A model generated the notes under the pieces. That model saw only the letters and a program-made list of their open reading frames with translations, had not been told where the DNA came from and made no database searches. Shown here in pieces: positions 16,211 through 20,000 of a stretch of 20,000 nt of DNA (its first letter is position 1; every line of letters begins with the position of its first letter). Where the stretch lies: the IMG/VR virus record IMGVR_UViG_2690315925_000005, one strand, 5' to 3'. This stretch comes from an uncultured virus (IMG/VR IMGVR_UViG_2690315925_000005). Its lineage: Duplodnaviria > Heunggongvirae > Uroviricota > Caudoviricetes. The position numbers and the translations under genes were made by a program.

Positions 16211-16244
16211 GCATTGCCCAACGGGCAATGCCTAAGTGCGCTCT
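16211..16244 (+). promoter_or_regulatory. oriT: MOBQ-type oriT: GCATTGCCC-aac-GGGCAATGC-c-TAAGTGCG^CTCT
   Basis: Perfect 9-bp inverted repeat followed by the RSF1010-like core TAAGTGCGC, about 100 nt upstream of mobA. Confidence 0.9.
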
Positions 16245-16399
16245 TGCTTGCGTTCCATAGGCACTGATTCGCGCTGTCAGATCCAGATGAAATAGCTCCT
16301 CTGCCGAGAACAACCAAGCGACATGGGTTAATCTAGCCAGACGTGACCACCCTGCCGTCGATTGCGGCGGACAACTGCCCCTACAATGAGAGTCTGACC

Positions 16400-17452
16400 A
16401 TGAAGGTTGAAGAAGCGAAATATTCTATCGCCGAGCTACGTGCATGGTTTTTGGACAAGGTCCTAACGGTCAACAAAGACTATCAGCGGTCATCGGGACT
16501 GTGGCCCACGGCTGCCAAAAGCTACTTCATAGACAGCATTCTTCGTGACTTCCCCTTCCCCAAAGTGTATTTCCACGAACGGCTGGACAAGGCTCATAAG
16601 CGCCCTCACAGAGAGATCGTGGACGGGCAGCAGCGTCTGACGACAATCTTTGATTTCGCGGAAGGGAAGTTCGCCCTCGGGCGCAATGCGGCCGAGTTTT
16701 CCGGGAAGCGCCTTAGCGACCTACCGCCGGAAATTCAGGACGACTTTTGGGCTTATACAGTTTCCGTCGATGTTATTCGAAACGCGGACCGTACAAATAT
16801 TCTGCAAATGTTCCGGCGGATGAACGCTTTTACGCTCCCGCTTAACGCCGCAGAAAAGCGCCATAGCGAGTTCTATGGAGAGTTTAAGGACTGGGTCAAT
16901 CAGATCCTTGATCTTTATGGTTCAGTTTTGGTTGACTGGAAGGTCTTTACGAATAGACAGATCGTGCGAATGGGTGATGCAGAGTTTGTGACCGATGTAG
17001 CGCTCGCCGCGAGCGAGGGAATCGTTAGCACGAGCCCTAAACGCCTCACCGAGCTCTATGCGAAGCATGAAACCGGCGACAACGGGCTCTCCGACATTGA
17101 TTGCAAGGTGAGTGGTGCCTTCGATGTTCTCCGCCAACAGCTTTCTGGAATCCAAGGAAGCTATGCAACAAAGCCTCACATGCTTCACTCACTGCTAACG
17201 GCACTCATGCACAACAAATTTGGCCTTCCAGGCGTCGCTGAAGACACGGGAATCCAATCTACGGGAGATTGGCTCGCTGACCCGCATCGCTCCACGAGCC
17301 AGATACGTGAGCTAGCAGAAGCATTTGAGACGAAGAGCCTTGATAGATTCGCCGCCTTCGTCGGTGCTTCAACGGAGGGAGGAAATCGCGCACCGCAGAG
17401 GCAAGTGCGAGTTAAGTGGATGTGCATGGCGCTCCAAGGGGATCTTCCCTAG
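16400..17452 (+). CDS. DUF262 (ParB/Srx-like, GmrS-type) protein
   Basis: YQR....W, FIDSIL...P.P.VY, EIVDGQQRLTTI, MFRRMN...LPLN.AEKR. Confidence 0.92.
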   Translation: MKVEEAKYSIAELRAWFLDKVLTVNKDYQRSSGLWPTAAKSYFIDSILRDFPFPKVYFHERLDKAHKRPHREIVDGQQRLTTIFDFAEGKFALGRNAAEFSGKRLSDLPPEIQDDFWAYTVSVDVIRNADRTNILQMFRRMNAFTLPLNAAEKRHSEFYGEFKDWVNQILDLYGSVLVDWKVFTNRQIVRMGDAEFVTDVALAASEGIVSTSPKRLTELYAKHETGDNGLSDIDCKVSGAFDVLRQQLSGIQGSYATKPHMLHSLLTALMHNKFGLPGVAEDTGIQSTGDWLADPHRSTSQIRELAEAFETKSLDRFAAFVGASTEGGNRAPQRQVRVKWMCMALQGDLP

Positions 17453-17470
17453 CCGGTCGAGGTGATCAAT

Positions 17471-18139
17471 ATGGCTCTATTGCCGGTCTGGACAATGATG
17501 TCAAACGGATTCGACGCGTCCAGTGCCGAGTTTTCCAGCTTTTTGACATCAAAAGCTCAAGTCATGTCTGATGCTAGTGACTTTAACTTCTACGATGAAT
17601 GCCTTCTTGAAGGATTGCTCTCACGCTCCTGGCAGGAATGGGCCAACTTCTGCAGGTCTGTCATCGTCCTTTCCTGCATGGGGGCAGACACGGCAGACGG
17701 CACCCCGATACCTTCCCATCCGCAAGCCCTCAGCGAACAGCATGTTGGTGGAGCAGCAGCTAGAGCAAAAGCGACGGACAAACCGCCAACGTGGGGGAAA
17801 TTGGCCGATACGCTCCGAAAGGAAATGATCACCTGGGGCGATACCGATGTCCTTGCGACAATCCTCCCGCGCATGGGCGTTCCTCGTTACCCCCATCTTC
17901 TCGCGGCATTTTCGCAAGCTCATGAAAGTGCTAAAGCCATGCAGACTATCCGAAATGCGTCTGCACACTTCAATGCCGAAACCATGGCGGAAGTCGTTAG
18001 CCTAAGCTCAAAATATTCGGCATTCCAGATTACCCATCCAACTCAAGCGTTGTTTTGGACAGTTCCATCCTCCGGCGACTATCTTTTCCGACACGCCTTG
18101 GAGGATCTAAAAGAAAACGCATCAATCGCCATCGCATAG
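17471..18139 (+). CDS. HEPN-superfamily protein (Rx4H motif), partner of DUF262
   Basis: GAGGTG SD; helical; W..W..FCR and IRNASAH. Confidence 0.7.
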   Translation: MALLPVWTMMSNGFDASSAEFSSFLTSKAQVMSDASDFNFYDECLLEGLLSRSWQEWANFCRSVIVLSCMGADTADGTPIPSHPQALSEQHVGGAAARAKATDKPPTWGKLADTLRKEMITWGDTDVLATILPRMGVPRYPHLLAAFSQAHESAKAMQTIRNASAHFNAETMAEVVSLSSKYSAFQITHPTQALFWTVPSSGDYLFRHALEDLKENASIAIA

Positions 18140-18188
18140 GGACCGAATCGGAGATCTTTAAAGCGCCTCGGGATGACGCGCCTCATTT

Positions 18189-18950
18189 TTACGCAAGCTT
18201 CATCCAACGCTTAGCCTCATCCACTACAGCTTGGTCATCGGTCATGTCGAGTGGCGAGTTTACCACTCGCCATCCTGAAGACATGCGAGTCCGCTGTCGA
18301 TTGGCATTGTTGTATCGCAAGTTGCGCCACACCAACCCTTCCCTTGCCGGGTGCTTCTTGTCTGCCAATATCTTCTCAAGATCACCGTTAGGCAGATGCC
18401 CTGCCTTGGGAGAGCCGATCTTTCGGAGCTCGATCTCAGCCAAGTTCTTTCTTAGCAACTCCGCAGAAGGCGAATCCGCATAATGAACAACGTCAAGAGG
18501 CTCACAATACTGCCGAAGGCGCCAGACGAGGAGGTCAAAACCCCCGAGCTCCACATCCTCAACTTGGTATGAGCGAATCAGGTAACGATCAAAGTTCCAG
18601 CGCACGAGATTCCCAAAAGCCTCCAACTCCACATCTGTCAGTTCGAGCTTGATTGACAGGGAAGACCGAACGGCTTCAATAGCGTCCTGTATCCGATGAC
18701 CAAGGCCCCTGGTGTCGCAACGATTGAGCATTAGGATGCATTTCAAGTACTTTTCAACTGCCTGCTCTGCCGCTGCCAAATATTGAGGATAGAGACGTGA
18801 CCGCATTGCTAACCTGGCCGCGATGTAATCACCATCTCCGATATCCCGAAAGCATCTGATCGCAAATAGGTTGACTTTTGCGTGGAGGGTTGGCCGTCGA
18901 TAAGAAGCCAATGCACCTGTTATCGCTCCATCGACATCATGTTTATCCAT
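18189..18950 (-). CDS. HEPN-domain protein
   Basis: D.DYIAAR......L.......A.QAVEKYLKCIL.......GH.I...RY classic HEPN pattern. Confidence 0.8.
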   Translation of the reverse strand: MDKHDVDGAITGALASYRRPTLHAKVNLFAIRCFRDIGDGDYIAARLAMRSRLYPQYLAAAEQAVEKYLKCILMLNRCDTRGLGHRIQDAIEAVRSSLSIKLELTDVELEAFGNLVRWNFDRYLIRSYQVEDVELGGFDLLVWRLRQYCEPLDVVHYADSPSAELLRKNLAEIELRKIGSPKAGHLPNGDLEKILADKKHPAREGLVWRNLRYNNANRQRTRMSSGWRVVNSPLDMTDDQAVVDEAKRWMKLA

Positions 18951-19446
18951 GCTAAGACCATTCTCGATCAAAAAAGAGGCTATCCATGAAACCACTCAAC
19001 TTGCTGGGTCTGGGACAGCGGCAACCCTTGCCCCCAGATTGCCCATCCTTGGGGCTGAGCTTTCAGAGAGCTTCTTCGCAAACGGTGCTGTCCTAGTCGA
19101 AGAAGCGACCGGTCCGCGCTTCAAGCCTGTGCGCGGGTGCTTGGCCTTGACTTCTATGCAGCGGGCATCGCCATTCTACCAAAGGAGTTAGCTCCCCCAC
19201 GCTGGAAACCCTTGTCCAAGCGATTTGTTCACACCTCGCCCCTGAGGAAACTATGGCTTGAACCGGGCCTCCGATCACCTGACCGCCACCTCAGCCGATG
19301 GCCCCCCCCGGGGAGCAGGATCGCCATAGTCAGCTAGGCAAGATGAGCCTTCATCCCAACGCGTCAAACACGATGGGCGTGGGAGGGCGCTTGCGCTCCT
19401 TTCAATCGATAAACGGCTCGAAAGCGCCCAAGTGCTGGGGCTGCAA

Positions 19447-19665
19447 TCAGAATATCGATTGGCGCTTCCTTCGAGCAAAGCGGCGGCGGAGCAGCCACGG
19501 CAGCCCCCACAGCAGCAAGAGAGGCCACATGACAACCTGGCCGAAGAGTATGAGCCCGAATACTGCCCCTTCAGCGGTAGTGCCCTCCTCAAACACCACG
19601 CTGCAAAGCCACCACAGTGCCGCGCCCGTGATGAGCCAACGCACTACGTTGAACAAGGTCCACAT
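19447..19665 (-). CDS. Small two-TM membrane protein
   Basis: Two hydrophobic segments and a basic C-tail. Confidence 0.7.
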   Translation of the reverse strand: MWTLFNVVRWLITGAALWWLCSVVFEEGTTAEGAVFGLILFGQVVMWPLLLLWGLPWLLRRRFARRKRQSIF

Positions 19666-19700
19666 ACGAGCTTCCTAGCTTTAGTTGGCGAAGCTTGGGG

Positions 19701-20000
19701 TTAGCGACGATCTACGACAGTCCAAGTGCCGCCAACTTTGTCGATGACGAAAGTGCCGACAAGCTGCTGTTGCTCAGTGCGAGTGCCCAGCTGATACCGC
19801 GCAGTTCCGGTCACGCTGCAGGCGTAGCCAGGACCGTCCCCTCGCGAGCACTCGCCTACCTTGAGACGCTCAAAGGCCATCGTCGTTCCTGTCGCTTCCT
19901 TGAAATACGCGGTCAGCGCTTTCTCAACATCGCCACTACCAGGGCCACCCGAGCAGGCGGCCAGCAGCACTGCGGCGGAAACCATCCAAAGCTTCTTCAT
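19701..20000 (-). CDS. Small lipoprotein
   Basis: MKK, hydrophobic core and LAAC lipobox. Confidence 0.85.
   Translation of the reverse strand: MKKLWMVSAAVLLAACSGGPGSGDVEKALTAYFKEATGTTMAFERLKVGECSRGDGPGYACSVTGTARYQLGTRTEQQQLVGTFVIDKVGGTWTVVDRR

Larger units (their letters stand above)
12331..20000. mobile_element. Integrative mobilizable element at the ssrA 3' end (continues right of window)
   Basis: Integrase immediately after ssrA, MOBQ relaxase with oriT, lower-GC cargo, no host terminator after ssrA. Confidence 0.85.

Noticed and set aside
19000..19440. Short ORFs, a weak hairpin at ~19006-19046 and a C8 run near 19302
   Set aside because: No recognisable protein or RNA family; support too weak
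1..20000. CRISPR array, tRNA/rRNA, IS element, or distal att duplication
   Set aside because: None found by eye: no regularly spaced repeats, no transposase, no second copy of either ssrA end

Overview
High-GC gammaproteobacterial DNA, most likely Stenotrophomonas, judging from the tmRNA tag ANDDNYALAA. Two mobile elements flank the tmRNA (ssrA) gene at 11977-12330. Left side (1-~11970): the immunity and early half of a lambdoid prophage. It has a divergent cro/cI switch with four or five copies of an 18-bp operator, a long translationally coupled early operon (RdgC, HNH-like protein, an OmpR-type wHTH protein, a stand-alone CapW/BrxR-like wHTH), xis and a tyrosine integrase. Accessory cargo follows between int and ssrA: a structured RNA leader with a terminator ahead of a HicB-like/HicA-like pair, a decayed copy of the int 3' end, and an orphan gene. 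The prophage appears to abut the 5' end of ssrA. Right side (12331-20000): an integrative mobilizable element at the ssrA 3' end. It has a second tyrosine integrase, a MobA/MobL (MOBQ) relaxase with a canonical oriT, and probable anti-phage cargo (DUF262 + HEPN pair, plus a convergent HEPN gene). Neither element's far end is in the window. Protein family calls come from motif recognition by eye, not database searches.
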